Source: Tubiluchus corallicola (lineage: Eukaryota > Animalia > Priapulida). From it: DNA of 64,000 nucleotides. The notes beneath the pieces were generated by a model, which was given only the letters and a program-made list of their open reading frames with translations, did no database searches and was not told where the DNA came from. Location: NCBI GenBank assembly GCA_030141605.1, contig JAQGDQ010000316.1:124001-188000 (forward strand), in the 5' to 3' direction. Shown here piece by piece: positions 49,755-63,300 of the stretch (positions are counted from its first letter, which is position 1; each line of letters opens with the position of its first letter). The position numbers were made by a program, and so were the translations under genes.

Positions 49755-51519
49755 GAACCAGAGATCTCTGAGGTAGCTGCAGAAGAATAACTCACTGGAC
49801 TAAATGCAAATTTGATAACTATAGTCTTCTAATGATTTTAATGATACCAGGATTATAGTCATCTCTAGGATTGTTATAACACGTGTTGCTTTGTCTGATT
49901 ATTGTTATTTGTATTCTAAATAAAAATGGAGCAGAACAGTCAGAGCTGTGTGATCGTTACCTTGTCTTTTTTAATTTGTTAATCAGACAAATTAGGCATA
50001 ATAACTTGGTGACCCCTAATTAAATAGTGGCGTTTTCCCTGTAGTGACCGAGTTCGAAAATCATTTTGTTGCCTTTGTTTAGCTGTTTTTTTGGCTTGTA
50101 TTTCTGTATGTTTTGTCTTACAGTGTTAGTTCTGCTTTGAAATGCCAGATTATATAAGATAACTTTAATACATTGGCATAGATTTACAGTGTCGTTTAGT
50201 GCTGTTTTTGTTTTTGTTTGATATTCCGAAGTATAATAGTTGCAGTATATGACTATGTCGCTATAGTATATGACAATCAGGTCTAGATAATCAACATGGC
50301 AAAACTAAAGCACTGTAGTATCTCAGTTACTGATTTTGCCCATTCTTGCAACATTTCCAAAGCTTGATATTTTTTTCATAGCTAATGATAAAACGTTTAA
50401 TGGTGTCATTACCCGCAAACTATCTATTGGTCAAAAAGTTGTGCATCTGCTCCTGATGTATTTTATGTATTTGATGTATTAACGGTTACCCGGCCATTAA
50501 TTTCTCAAGTAGAGCAGCCTCGATGTTTGGGACAGCGTGTTGATGTTGTCATAGTCCCATACGACATTCATGGGACACACGCTCCGAATGAATGTAACTT
50601 TCTTTGTATTGCTAATTAACATCCTTTACATGAAAACAGTTCGCATGTATGACAAAAATTAAGATTACCTAAATTTCAAGCATAGGACAGAGGTGCAAGT
50701 GGCGCTATGAAATATCAACAACTATAACAACTGAAAGAAATAAATTCACAAAGCTGTTCAACATAGCAACACAAAAGCTTTCTAGTGGCCTAGTTACTGA
50801 TTTTGCCCATTCTTGTTCGTGGGTCACTAATCGTACATACGGAAGCCCACGCATAACTTCCCATTCATCCCACCCAATATGTGGTAGTCAAGTGTCCATT
50901 TGTGAGCGTTTTGGAGTTATATGCCTCCAAAGTGCATCCTCCTAAGCATCATTTCGTGACATTTTAGTGTCCTGGTTCAATGGGCCAAAATGCAAAATTT
51001 TATAAAAAAAACTTCTTAAAAACGCTTTTAAAAAGGTCCAAAACATCATTCCCGAAAGTTTGACAAAATTAAAATTCACGAACAGCAACAATATAATGCA
51101 AAGTGTAATAAATTTAACAATTGTTTGATGTGATAGTTAAATATTCCCAAGCAACAATAATTTAATGCAATGCGTAATAAATTTAACACTTGTTTGAAGT
51201 GATAGTTATCACAAACAACAACAATTTAATGCAAAGTACAATAAATTTAACAAGTGTTTGATGTGATAGTTAAATATACACCAGCATATAAGTTTCAATT
51301 TATAATTTATTACACCTAATTTATCACATGGTATAATTTGTTCATTACACCTAAGATCGAGCTGCATACTTTTTCTACAACAATATTAATTTTAATATAG
51401 GTAATAGTGTTCGGCTTCGTGAGCCTCTTTAATATACTGCCTGCTATAATCTATCATTATTTAAAATATTCCACAGCAGTATGGGAAGCAGAGGACATCT
51501 CAATGTCTCACAGTGAAAC

Positions 51520-52270
51520 TAGCTTATCTAACAATCCATCTAATCCAACTTATCTGAGCTAGATTCGGTGATTTCTGGCAGAGGTCTTCAATTTCGTCGA
51601 GGCATTTGTGAATTTGTACATTCTGACTGCTTTATCATGTCCCTGTTCCCCATCATGCCCCTCTTGCATTTTCGTTCTTCTAATTTGCAAGTATAAATTC
51701 TGTATTTGCTTCTCATTAAGTGTCACCACACCGTTCTTTGTAGGTACAGTGTTTTCTTCAATTCATTTTCTTATTCCATCTGCACACAAACTTGTTAGAT
51801 ACTGCAGAGGTAAGTCTTCTACTTTCTTTGTCGTATACTCGTCCAGAACATTCACGTCATCCGGAGAGCTGTGCGGCATGAATTCATTTCTACAGCATTC
51901 TGATAGATATTCTGAAATATTACATACACCATTAACAGCATTCCACTGTTTCTCTTCAGAGATTTTCTTTACTTCATGAAGAAAAGCTGTTTTATTAAAT
52001 ACGACTCTATCAGCTTGCTTGGTTGAAACATTAGAATATTAAGCATGTTATCGATGATTTTGCCGAGACCTTCTTCATTAGATTCTTTCATAAGGGTTTT
52101 TGTAAGACGCATCACTGTTTTTCGTGTTTCTGGCAAGTTTTGTAATATTCTGCTTTCTTCTTGGCTTGACGACAGTGTCCATAAACTGTTGTCGAAAATA
52201 TTTTTAACTTTTTTAAGTTTATGTGTATCTTTCTAGCAACTTAACAGCTGTATCCCGATGCTGACAGACC
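51520..52270 (-). pseudogene. Unidentified decayed coding sequence
   Basis: The minus strand gives long protein-like open stretches (HKLKKVKNIFDNSLW..GLGKIIDNML / KQADRVVFNKTAFLHEVKKISEEKQWNAVNGVCNISEYLSECC..DGIRK*IEEN..), broken by a stop and apparent frameshifts. Confidence 0.4.
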
Positions 52271-52959
52271 TGACAGTGAAGAAAAATAGCTTAGCTACGA
52301 TTAGCCATTCTCAACTGACCAAGCAACCTAAAAACACAAAATATGATAACAGTGCATCAATAGTAATATAATTTTTTTACAATAAAAATGATATTACATT
52401 TAGAATTTCATGAAATAACCCCTAAACATGATCAAATAGGAATTTGAACTAGGAAAACACAGAGTAAAAAATTAAACGCTAATCAAACCTACCGATGTTA
52501 AACAATATAAAACAATTGAAACCCTAAAATCGAGATTCTTTGAAAGTCGGTAAGTTATAATATTTTTAATTACCTATCTGAAGGAACTTGTTAATTCTCT
52601 GCAGTCTCTCGTGCAAAAAAACTGAAAAAATAAAACAAAACTTATAATAGTGCGTTTTTGTGTCTCGCATCCCAAACCCATGCATTCATGAGTCCTTCCC
52701 CAAAGCTATTCAAAATACCTGCACAGCATAGCAGTCTTATTTTTAATGAGCACTTAAAGTTCTGTAATTAAATACCCAAAAAACCGGTTAGCAAGAACTT
52801 CGAAAGCGCGAAACTTGACAATATTTTGACTTCCTTAATGTTATTACTGACCTCCAGTGTATGCAACCACTTGACACCAGGTGTCACCTGTGTCAGTGCA
52901 AAGGTATCGGCAAACAAACAGTAAATCACAGTTACATATTACACAGTTACAGTTACAAA

Positions 52960-53640
52960 ATAGCTGTCGATACTATTACACAAATACTAATGATAGTTTT
53001 TAATAAATCTATTACAGAAGGAATTTCATTTGTTTCACATTTCTAAAATATTTTAGAAACATGATATTTCAATGTCGAAAATGGAATATTGCGATGTAAA
53101 AAGCCACTCCCGAAAATTTTTTATATCATATTTACAGAACAGGCAACAATATACATGGATCACAAACATTAATTCACAACCAATGAATGATGTTAGTGGA
53201 GTGCCCCAAGGTTCTACATTAGGCCTCTTCCTATTTCTGCTCCATATAAATGACCTTGTCAACTTCTCTAACTTTCACACGGGCTATTTGCTGATGATAC
53301 CAAATTATTTGCATTTGATAATCAAAATCTCCAAAGTACAGTAAACAGAGAGCTGGGAAAAGTGTTTTATGCAGGCAAACAAACTAACGATTAACTACAA
53401 AAAAACAAAAACAAAATACATATTAATCAAACCTAAATGCAGTACTGGTGTTAACCATAACCTTCTAATTAAAATAAATAACAAAATATTAGAACAGGTA
53501 GGGGCAATAAAGTACATGGGACAGCTTATTGATGACAATCTGTCCTGGTCTGCACAAGTCAAACATACCACTCCCAAGATCAGTAAAATGAAAGGTATAT
53601 TATCGAAAGTACGCTATTATGTAGTTGCACCCCACTATAA
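52960..53640 (+). mobile_element. Decayed CR1/L2-group LINE reverse transcriptase fragment
   Basis: FNKSITEG.., SYLQNRQQY..SGVPQGSTLG.FLFLLHINDL, a frameshifted LFADDT, ANKLTINYKKTK and IDDNLSW. Confidence 0.85.
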
Positions 53641-54049
53641 TATATTTAATATTCAATATAGAATTCAGACCAAATCAGATTCCGCAATGAATTGTTTAAA
53701 TTTTTTGGTCCTGCAATTATGATATAATAGAAACTGATTATAAACTGAGTATAAACTGATTATAAACTTATAAACTGAGTATTTTATTATAAATTTAATC
53801 TAGTCAGTGACGTCTTAAGAAGCAGCTAGAAACCCCGGTAAAAGGTTTGATACTAGTTAATTAAACTCAATTTCGGTCAACAAATGATATCACGTCACAT
53901 CACATTAGATGTAAGGCTGTGATAATAATAATAATGATAATTTTGTTTAGGACACAGTTCAGGAATAACACCTTAAGTACAGTACCTCACTACTAATTTG
54001 CAATGTGGCAATATGGTCCCATTATCATTAACCACAATATCACTTCAAT

Positions 54050-54440
54050 AAACCTAGGTGATGTTTTAGTGCTTCAGTGATGAAGAGCACTTAAAAATCT
54101 ATCTAGGTGATGTTTTTGGTGCTTTAGTAACGAAGAGCACTTAAAAATCAATCTAGGTGGTGTTTTTGGTGATGAAGAGCACTTAAAAATCAATCTAGGT
54201 GATGTTTTTGGTGCTTCAGTCATGAAGAGCACTTAAAAATCAATCTAGGTGATGTTTTAGTGCTTTAGTGATGAAGAGCACTTAAAAATCAATCTAGGTG
54301 ATGTTTTAGTGCTTTAGTGATGAAGAGCACTTAAAAATCAATCTAGGTGATGTTTTAGTGCTTTAGTGATGAAGAGCACTTAAAAATCAATCTAGGTGAT
54401 GTTTTTGGTGCTTCAGTGATGAACAATACTTAAACATCAA
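54050..54440. repeat. ~49-bp minisatellite (~8 copies)
   Basis: Unit gaagagcacttaaaaatcaatctaggtgatgttttagtgctttagtgat. Confidence 0.92.
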
Positions 54441-55899
54441 TCCACCCACGACGTGGCGCAAACTGTCTCAGCAATCCGAACTCAGAAAACCAATGATGAG
54501 AATTAGCGTATTCTTGAAGGGTTACCATTAAATTAACTTTTTTAATAATTTTTTTTAACAATTAAATAAAAAATTAGGGAATTTTATGTAAAAGTGCATT
54601 TTTTGACAAATCATTTCATAATAACTTTTACATATAGTGTCTAACTGTTAATTCCAAGCCAAAATAATAACGTAGTTCCTAATTTTCGTGGAATGCATTG
54701 TATTAATTCAAAAGTGTTTGTGTCAGAATTCGAACAAAAACTTTTTCAAGTGGCTAGATTTTGTGGGCACTTGAAATCTGAAACCGTATTGTTAGTTAAA
54801 ATTCCAAAATGACTGTCTTTGTGTGGAGTACCGTTTTGTGCATCATTGCCCCCCTTTTTATTGGTATGTAAAGATATTTACTACTAAATATGCTTAGCCT
54901 ACTTATTCTGACATCTTTATAGACAAATATTGGTAAATAGTTTAGTTGGTTTTAGTGACCACTGTTGTTTCTTTTCACGTGTTTTTTAAAAATTCCAGAA
55001 ATATATCTTTTTGGAAGCGTTCGCGTGATTTTCATTATAACACTTTTTGGATGTTAATTGCCAACACCATGTTTAATAAAATGTTTTTAGGAATCTAGAT
55101 TCAATGTTCGTTTATTTCGCATAACACAACACTAACTGAGTTAATGTTACCGTATTAAATAACGTAGATTTACAATCTAACAATTATTTAGTTACAGTTT
55201 AATAGAAAGTTACAATAATGCGGCATGTCACAACTCACCTGAAGCCAAGCTTGACATTAAACTTGAAACTTTTGACTCTTGTATCTTTAAAAATTCAATG
55301 TTAGTTTAAGGGCTGTCTGATGGACTCTGGACCAGTGTAATGCATTACTGTTTACTGTTTCAAAACCTGTATAAACAAACTGCAAAAAAATTCAAAGTTG
55401 TGCAGCTAGCATGGCCGTATGTTTGTTCAAGTATGATCACATAACTCCAACATTACGGGTCCTACACTGGCTTCCGGTGCAATCTGGAATCGGATTCAAA
55501 ATTGCTGTGCTGGTATTAAATGAAATAAAATGTCATTTATTAGGCATAGCATATTATTGATTAAGAGAGTTCCATACATGTCTTGCTAAGTTATTCTGCT
55601 TCCACTGCTGTTAATGTCTTTCGAAAATTTCACCACTAATTAGTTCGAACCAAAATGCATGTGCTCAAAAAACTGCCAAATTTTCTCAAACATTTTCAAG
55701 TTTTGCGCAAAAGCAAAGAGCGTTTTAGGACAACGTGCAATGGAAGTTTTTTTTAAATAGTTATCATCGTTCAACCTGTAGAGTAGTATTGCCTTTAATG
55801 AATCTATGTCACGTAGTGCATGTTTATACGACACAAACATTAAGCTACAGTCGTATAGTGGATAAGCCAGTGATTGCGCTGTAAATTGGTTGAAAGATT

Positions 55900-57105
55900 T
55901 GAAGTTTGAATATAGGAGCTCTACCGTAGTGTCTTTACAGTTACAATAGAGGGAAGTCTAGTTTGAATATAGCAGCTCTACTGTAGTGTCTTTACAATTA
56001 CAATAGAGGGAAGTCGAGTTTGAACAGGATAGCTGTACTGTAGTCTCTTTCTCTTTATCATTACGATAGAGGGAAGTCGGGTTTGAACATAGCAGCTCTA
56101 CTGTAGTGTCGCTATCATTACGATAGAGGGAAGTCGGGTTTGAACATAGCAGCTCTACTGTAGTGTCGCTATCATTACAATAGAGGAAAGTCGAGTTTGA
56201 GCATAGCAGCTCTACTGTAGTGTCTTTATTATTACAATAGAGGGAAGTCTAGTTTGAGCATAGCAGCTCTACTGTAGTGTCTTTATTATTACAATAGAGG
56301 GAAGTCTAGTTTGAACATAGCAGCTCTACTGTAGTGTCTTTATTATTACAATAGAGGGAAGTCTAGTTTGAACATAGCAGCTCTACTGTAGTGTCTTTAT
56401 TATTACAATAGAGGGAAGTCTAGTTTGAGCATAGCAGCTCTACTGTAGTGTCTTTATTATTACAATAGAGGGAAGTCTAGTTTGAACATAGCAGCTCTAC
56501 TGTAGTGTCTTTATTATTACAATAGAGGGAAGTCTAGTTTGAACATAGCAGCTCTACTGTAGTGTCTTTATTATTACAATAGAGAGAAGTCAAGTTTGAG
56601 CATAGCAGCTCTACTGTAGTGTCTTTATCATTACAATAGAGGGAAGTCTAGTTTGAACATAGCAGCTCTACTGTAGTGTCTTTATTATTACAATAGAGGG
56701 AAGTCTAGTTTGAACATAGCAGCTCTACTGTAGTGTCTTTATTATTACAATAGAGGGAAGTCAAGTTTGAACATAGCAGCTCTACTGTAGTGTCTTTATT
56801 ATTACAATAGAGGGAAGTCTAGTTTGAACATAGCAGCTCTACTGTAGTGTCTTTATTATTACAATAGAGGGAAGTCAAGTTTGAACATAGCAGCTCTACT
56901 GTAGTGTCTTTATCATTACAATAGAGGGAAGTCTAGTTTGAACATAGCAGCTCTACTGTAGTGTCTTTATCATTACAATAGAGGGAAGTCTAGTTTGAAT
57001 ATAGCAGCTCTACTGTAGTGTCTTTATCATTACAATAGAGGGAAGTCTAGTTTGAACATAGCAGCTCTACTGTAGTGTCTTTATTATTACAATAGAGGGA
57101 AGTCA
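55900..57105. repeat. 57-bp minisatellite (~21 copies)
   Basis: Unit agtttgaacatagcagctctactgtagtgtctttattattacaatagagggaagtct. Confidence 0.95.
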
Positions 57106-57399
57106 GGTGCATTTGAGTTTTCTCTTTTACATCCTTGACTTCAGTTCTTTATAATCATTATAGATGAGGCTACAGTACTGTTGCACCTTAACTTCTTTTA
57201 ATATACAAATATTTATAGCTGTTTCTCTGACTGCAGAGATAGCATGGCTATAACGTTAGACAGTCTTACACAAAGCACCTTGAGAATCTTATATTTTTGG
57301 TTACACACTGAAATAACATTCATGTGTACTGTTAAATATAGAAAATATTATAGGTTCTAGTTAAATAATACGAGATGAGACTCTGGTAACAGATAAATT

Positions 57400-60300
57400 G
57401 GCTAAACATGTAAACAATTCCTGCACAAAATGTGCGAAAGCTAAGATGTTAGAATCAGCCTGAAATGGCTAGACACACATGGACGTCACAGACGTCCTCG
57501 TCCGTATTAAAATTATGCTAAAGTTCATTTTGTACTCCAAATAAAATATTCATTTCTTTTTTATGTTTGGGTTGGTTTTCTGTCCATCCTTTAATACCTC
57601 TCCCCTTTTCCCTGTTTGATGGCGATCTTCCTGTCACATGTCTTGAATGGTTACAGGATAATTTTCGCGCTCCTGGAAAAGCATTGAACCGTGATTTTTC
57701 CTTACTGTCGCCATTGCGGGTTTGAGCTGTTTTTGAAGCTACGCGTTTTGTTGCAGCAGGTTTGAGGTCTCGTAACTTTTGAGATCTCATAATGAGTTCG
57801 CTAGTTTTGGTGTTCTCAGTGTAATCAAATTTCTCTGAGAGGAAACCAAACGGTTCCTAGGCAGTGTTACTAGTATGCAGGAAACTTCGTCGTGTTCGTA
57901 ATCTGGCCACGTAGATCATGACGGTTGTTGGGTGGAGTTTGGAACTGCCTAAGGAGGTTGCCTAGTTGAAGACTGGGAACGAGGAACTTTTCTCCTTTCC
58001 TCCGTCATTTGCTGACTCCTACAGTATAGGAGTAAACGGAGACGTTTCGAGACCCTGGATCCTTGTTTCTAACACCCTGGTGGTGGAGTCTGCAATGCGT
58101 GAGCCCCAGCAGTGTGGTTTCTTGATTCTTGAGATGTGATCCTGGATAACTGGACCCACGGTATCACGACCTGAGGCTAGCCCATTGGTACAGCTGCAGC
58201 GACAATGGAACTCTTCGGTAATTATCCTCTCCTCTCTTCCTATTATACCTGGGATGGGGTTAACTGAATTCTTGCGTTATATGTATGTATGTAAGTGATT
58301 TGTAGAAATATTATTTTTGAAATTACCACTAAATAATTTTTACACGTTTTTTTTTATAAACAAAGCAATAACGTTTGTTTGTCCTCCTGTTCGTCCTCGT
58401 CATTTCTAAGTACAAATTATAATGGCCTAAAATAGCATCAGTTTTAATCAAACTACTAGGACCCTCGTTAAAAAAGTCTGGATAAAAACCCCTTGCCTTA
58501 AAAAAATTAGTATTAAAAATTGTTTTTATCCACATGTGATGAACTCTGGCGTGCTCGGATAAAGTAAAAGGCAACCCCTATTTTGCATTCCTGACAAAAC
58601 TATTTATTCTTTTATACAATACACCATAGAGAGTCAAAAATGGTGCCAGTGGTCGTCACAATTGGTGTCAGAAGTTACCAGTAGTTTTTTGGTGATAACG
58701 GTTTGTTTACTGGTTGTTACTGGATTTTATGACTGAGTGGCCTAAAATTGTGCTTAATGTATTTACGTGAATTGTTTACGTTTTGAAATCGTTTCCTGTT
58801 TGTAGCACAATACAGTATTTTGCTATATAGTTGCGTTAAACTAGAGCTTTGCGTACAGACCCAGGAAGCCAAATTTATTACTTTCGTTAACTGTATAGGA
58901 CAAATTTGTTGATATTTTCAGTCCAAATATGTTCTTGATTTATTGGCTTAGAAGTTTGCTGTAATTGAAAAGCCTACAGCTCGCAATTCTATGTAGGGAA
59001 TTTCCAGGTAGTTCCATACTTATAAAATTTTGAGACTGTTTGTAGAGCATTTTTTAGTTTTCCTTGAGGTTGGGGTTGAGTGCCCATAATTTAGCTCGCC
59101 CGCTATTGTTCTTTTTCTTGAATTATTTCTGCTCTCTTGAGTGCGGCGCACATACGAGTCGTATGCTACTGACAGTAGCAGAATATACTTTTCGTACGGA
59201 TATTAATTATGCGCGACCTTTCAAGCGGTGGTTGACATTATGCATGACTGTTTGATAATTTTTTGGTGTACATACGCGCAAGTGTGATTAAAGTGATCTT
59301 ATTTGTTTAAAAGTTGTGCGTTTTCATGCAGAATGGCTGAGGCAACTATTTACAACAAGACACGGTTGAATAAAATGAAAAAAGATGAACTTTCCAGGGT
59401 AGCAAGCACACTTCATTTACTTGTCGATGTTACGCATGTCAGTAAGCAAGAATTAATTGAACATATAATTAAAGCGCAACAGCATATTCTTAAAATGCAA
59501 CAAGTTCCTCTACAGGGAAAAACATTTATTAATTCTGATAAAACTGACACATTGCATGATACATCAATTAGATCTCCTGGTTCTGTTGCTGAACGAATTA
59601 TAGAATCTTCCAAAATTGGCCAGGCTAGTACACCTCTTCAAAGTGTTAAGCCAAAAGATCCTTTCTCTACTACTTGGCTGGAGATTTCTCAGTCAGGAAA
59701 AGGTGTTGGTATTGAAGAAGATGCTCTTAAACCTGCACAAAATGTTATTCCTACCTCCAGTGGATGGGGTAATGATAAACAGTGTGGTATTTCTGGGTTT
59801 TCTCTTGAGAATCTTCAAGGTATGAATCCCGATTTGGTTCGTGACATTTTGCAGCATGAAAAAGAACAAGGTGAACGTGCTGAGCGCATGCGCAAGGAAG
59901 AGATGGAATTTGAGTTAAGGAAATTAGAACTTTTAAACAGAAGTGCGGCTTTGACAAATACTTCTGTTGTACCTACCAACCCATTTAATAGAATGAAAGT
60001 CCGAGGTTTTCGTGAATCTTCTGATGACATTCAGAGGTATTTGAATTGGTTTGAATCATGTGCTACATCTAATGATATTCCCGAGGCAAATTGGTCTGCC
60101 CTTTTAGGTCCTGCTCTATCTGGCCGAGCTGCTGACGCATATCAGCAAATACCTAAGGAGCATATTAAAGATTATTCTTATGTAAGGAAGTCTCTTTTAG
60201 CTGCTTACATTTTAACAACAGATGCTTACCGGAAACGCTTTAGGGCTCTTACTAAGGGTCACAACGAAACATGTCATCAGTATTGGTTAAAAGTGGTTCG

Positions 60301-63300
60301 TGCATTAACCGATTTCTGTGAAGCAATTAATGCTGTTGATTCCTATTCCAAGCTTTTTGAAGCCATGGCTATGGAACAGTTTATGGATAATTTAACATCT
60401 GATGTCCGCACATGGCTAAAAAGACACGAATTTGAGAATGGTCTTGAAATGGCCATGGAAGCTGACAAATTTATTAGCTCCAAGGAGACTGACTCTAGGA
60501 ATCACTCTTTTACTCCTTGGAAAACAGGAAAATTTTCTCAGAAACAACCTTACAATAACAATACCTTAGTAAACGTTTCTGATAATAAACTTGATGACAA
60601 ACAGAAGATAGTTTGTTATAAATGTGGTAAGCCTGGTCACAGAAGACCAGAGTGCCAAGCATCACAGCGGAACAATCACCAAAATAACAATGGGCAAAAT
60701 GCAACTAATATTGTTAACAAGGCAAACAAAACCAGCAGAAATAAAACTCCGGTTAAGACTTTGTTTGGTAGTTGTGATCACGAATCAACATACACTAGTT
60801 CTAATAAACTTCAAGACATTCCAGTTAATAATATACCGTTTATGTTTGAGGCTCTTGTGAATGACATTCCTGTTTTGGGGCAAAGAGACAGTGGTGCCAC
60901 AGTTTCTATGATCCACCCACGTTTTGTTGATAAAGATCAGTATCTGAAGTCTGACCCTAAACCTGTTAGATGTGTGCATGGTCATGTCGAGCCATGTCGT
61001 ACAGCAGAGATTAAAGTTGTAGGTCCTAACTTCGCTGGTTGGCTTACAGTTAGTGTGATGTCTGACCTCCCAGCAGAGCTTCTATTGGGCAATGATTATT
61101 TATCTACACTGAGGCCTTTTACACCCAATGATGAATCAAACCTTCATGAAGGCCCAGCTGGAAATAATACACAAATCTCAGACAACGAACAATCGAAATT
61201 GTCTAGCGATCCACAAATCTCTGATAGTTTTGCAGTTACACGTACAAAAGCTGCAGAACTGCAGGCTAAAGCAGTACGTGATCAAGAGTTACATAAACAA
61301 CTTGAACACAGTACATATTCTACACAAGAACATTCTAACCTAGAACAATTCAAACAAGAGCAGGCTCAGTTGATTACTGTCTCGTTTGAACAACTCAAAC
61401 AAGAACAACATAATGACCCTTCATTAGCAAACTACATTGATCACGCTACAACATTTGAAATTGCAGAGCAGAATGGAAAAGGATATTTCCTTAAAGATGG
61501 AATGCTTTATTATCTCTGTAAGCACACTAAGGCTGGCAAACCTAGAGAACTTTTAGTTCTTCCTAAATCTCGTCGGCGCCAAGTCCTTGAAATTGCTCAT
61601 GATAACAAAATGGCGGGTCACCTAGGCATTAGGAAAACAGCAGACCGTATTCTTATGGAATACATTTGGCCCAAGATAAAACACGCTGTGCGGGGTTACT
61701 GCCGTTCTTGCCCTTCATGTCAGAAAAATGGTCGTTTACAGAGAGGTGATAGGCTTCCTCTCCGTCCTTTACCAATACCAAAGCAGCCATTTTTCCGCAT
61801 TGGCATGGACATCATAGGTCCTCTTAGTCGTACTCCAGATGGGAATAAGTACGCTTTAGTGATTGTAGATCACGCCACTCGTTATCCGGATTGCTATCCC
61901 ATCCCAAATATTGAAACAACAACTATTCTAAACAAACTGGTAGAATTTTGCTGCAGATATGGCATTCCAAAAGAAATACTGACTGATAGAGGAACTCAGT
62001 TCACTTCCAAGCTTACTCAGCAGTTGGAAGAACAGCTTGGGGTCAAAGGTATCTATACTTCTGCTTATGCCCCTTCAACCAATGGTCTTGTTGAACGATA
62101 CAATTCCACACTCAAAGCCTCTATCAGAAAACTTATTCAAGATCATCCCCACCTTCCTTGGGATTTGGCTATTCCATTCGTTCTGTTTGCCTATCGTGAA
62201 GTTCCCCAGGAGTCTACTCATTACTCCCCCAATGAATTAGTTTTTGGTTACCCACTTCGGGGCCCTTTAGCTATGTTGAAAGAGCGGTGGGGCTGTGAGA
62301 AACTACCTGAGCTGGAAGACGTGGATGACTATGTCTCCCGTATCATAAACACATTGGATGAAACCTTAGAGGATGCACACAATTCTCTTAGGAGGGCTAA
62401 ACTTGCTCAAAAATCTTGGTTTGATCGTGTATCTAAGCAACGTAGTTTCAATATTGGTGATAAAGTCCTTGTTCAACGGATGAAAAAGGGTAGTAAGATG
62501 GCAACTACATGGCGTGGTCCATACCCCATAGTTGACAAACTCTCTGAATGCACTTATCGAGTCAAGCTAGGTAAGCCTGGAAGTAGGAGAAGCTTAAGTA
62601 CGTTTCATGCTAACAGACTTAAAGCTTACATTGATAGAGAAGAAGAACTTGTTCTTATGGCTCTACACAATGAAGACAGGGATGATGCTTCTATTAACTG
62701 GCAAGAAGTTGAAGAGACTTGTAACAAGATAGGTTCTGGCAAAACCGAAGCTTGTGATCTTCCAGAGTATGCATTTTTCCCAACTGCAGTTGCCACACAA
62801 TCTGTGGAGGATGTCGAATTGCCTGACTATTTATCTGAGGAAGCTAAGGAACAAATGAGGAACATATTCCATTCATACCCCCAGATGTTTACCGATCTTC
62901 CCGGCAGAACAAAATTGGTTCAACATTACATTAACCTTCATGACAAGACCCCTGTCCAACAGCATTCTTATCGAGTACCGCAAGCTCGTTTAGATATTAT
63001 CCGTAAAGAAATCAAAGATATGTTAGATTTGGGTGTCATTCGTCGTTCGGATTCCGAGTATTCATCTCCAATGCTAGTTGTTCCCAAGCCTCCTATGGAT
63101 GGCGTTAGCCAGTGGCGTCCATGTGTTGACTACAGAGCCTTGAACAAGAGAACAATATTTTCACCTTATCCAACACCACGTCCAGACGACATGATTGATG
63201 ATCTTCATGGCGCAAAGTGGATATCAACTCTAGATTTGTCAAAAGCCTATTGGCAAATTGAATTGGCCCCGGAATCTCAGCCTGTTTCAGCCTTTGTTAC

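Noticed and set aside
50290-50815. 24-bp direct repeat (50325-50348 / 50792-50815) as a TSD
   Set aside because: Similarity extends further upstream as a diverged duplication, and no element features lie between the copies.
55900-57105. Regular repeats resembling a CRISPR array (also 37050-37655, 54050-54440, 17474-17855)
   Set aside because: The units are head-to-tail with no unique spacers, there are no cas genes, and the context is eukaryotic.
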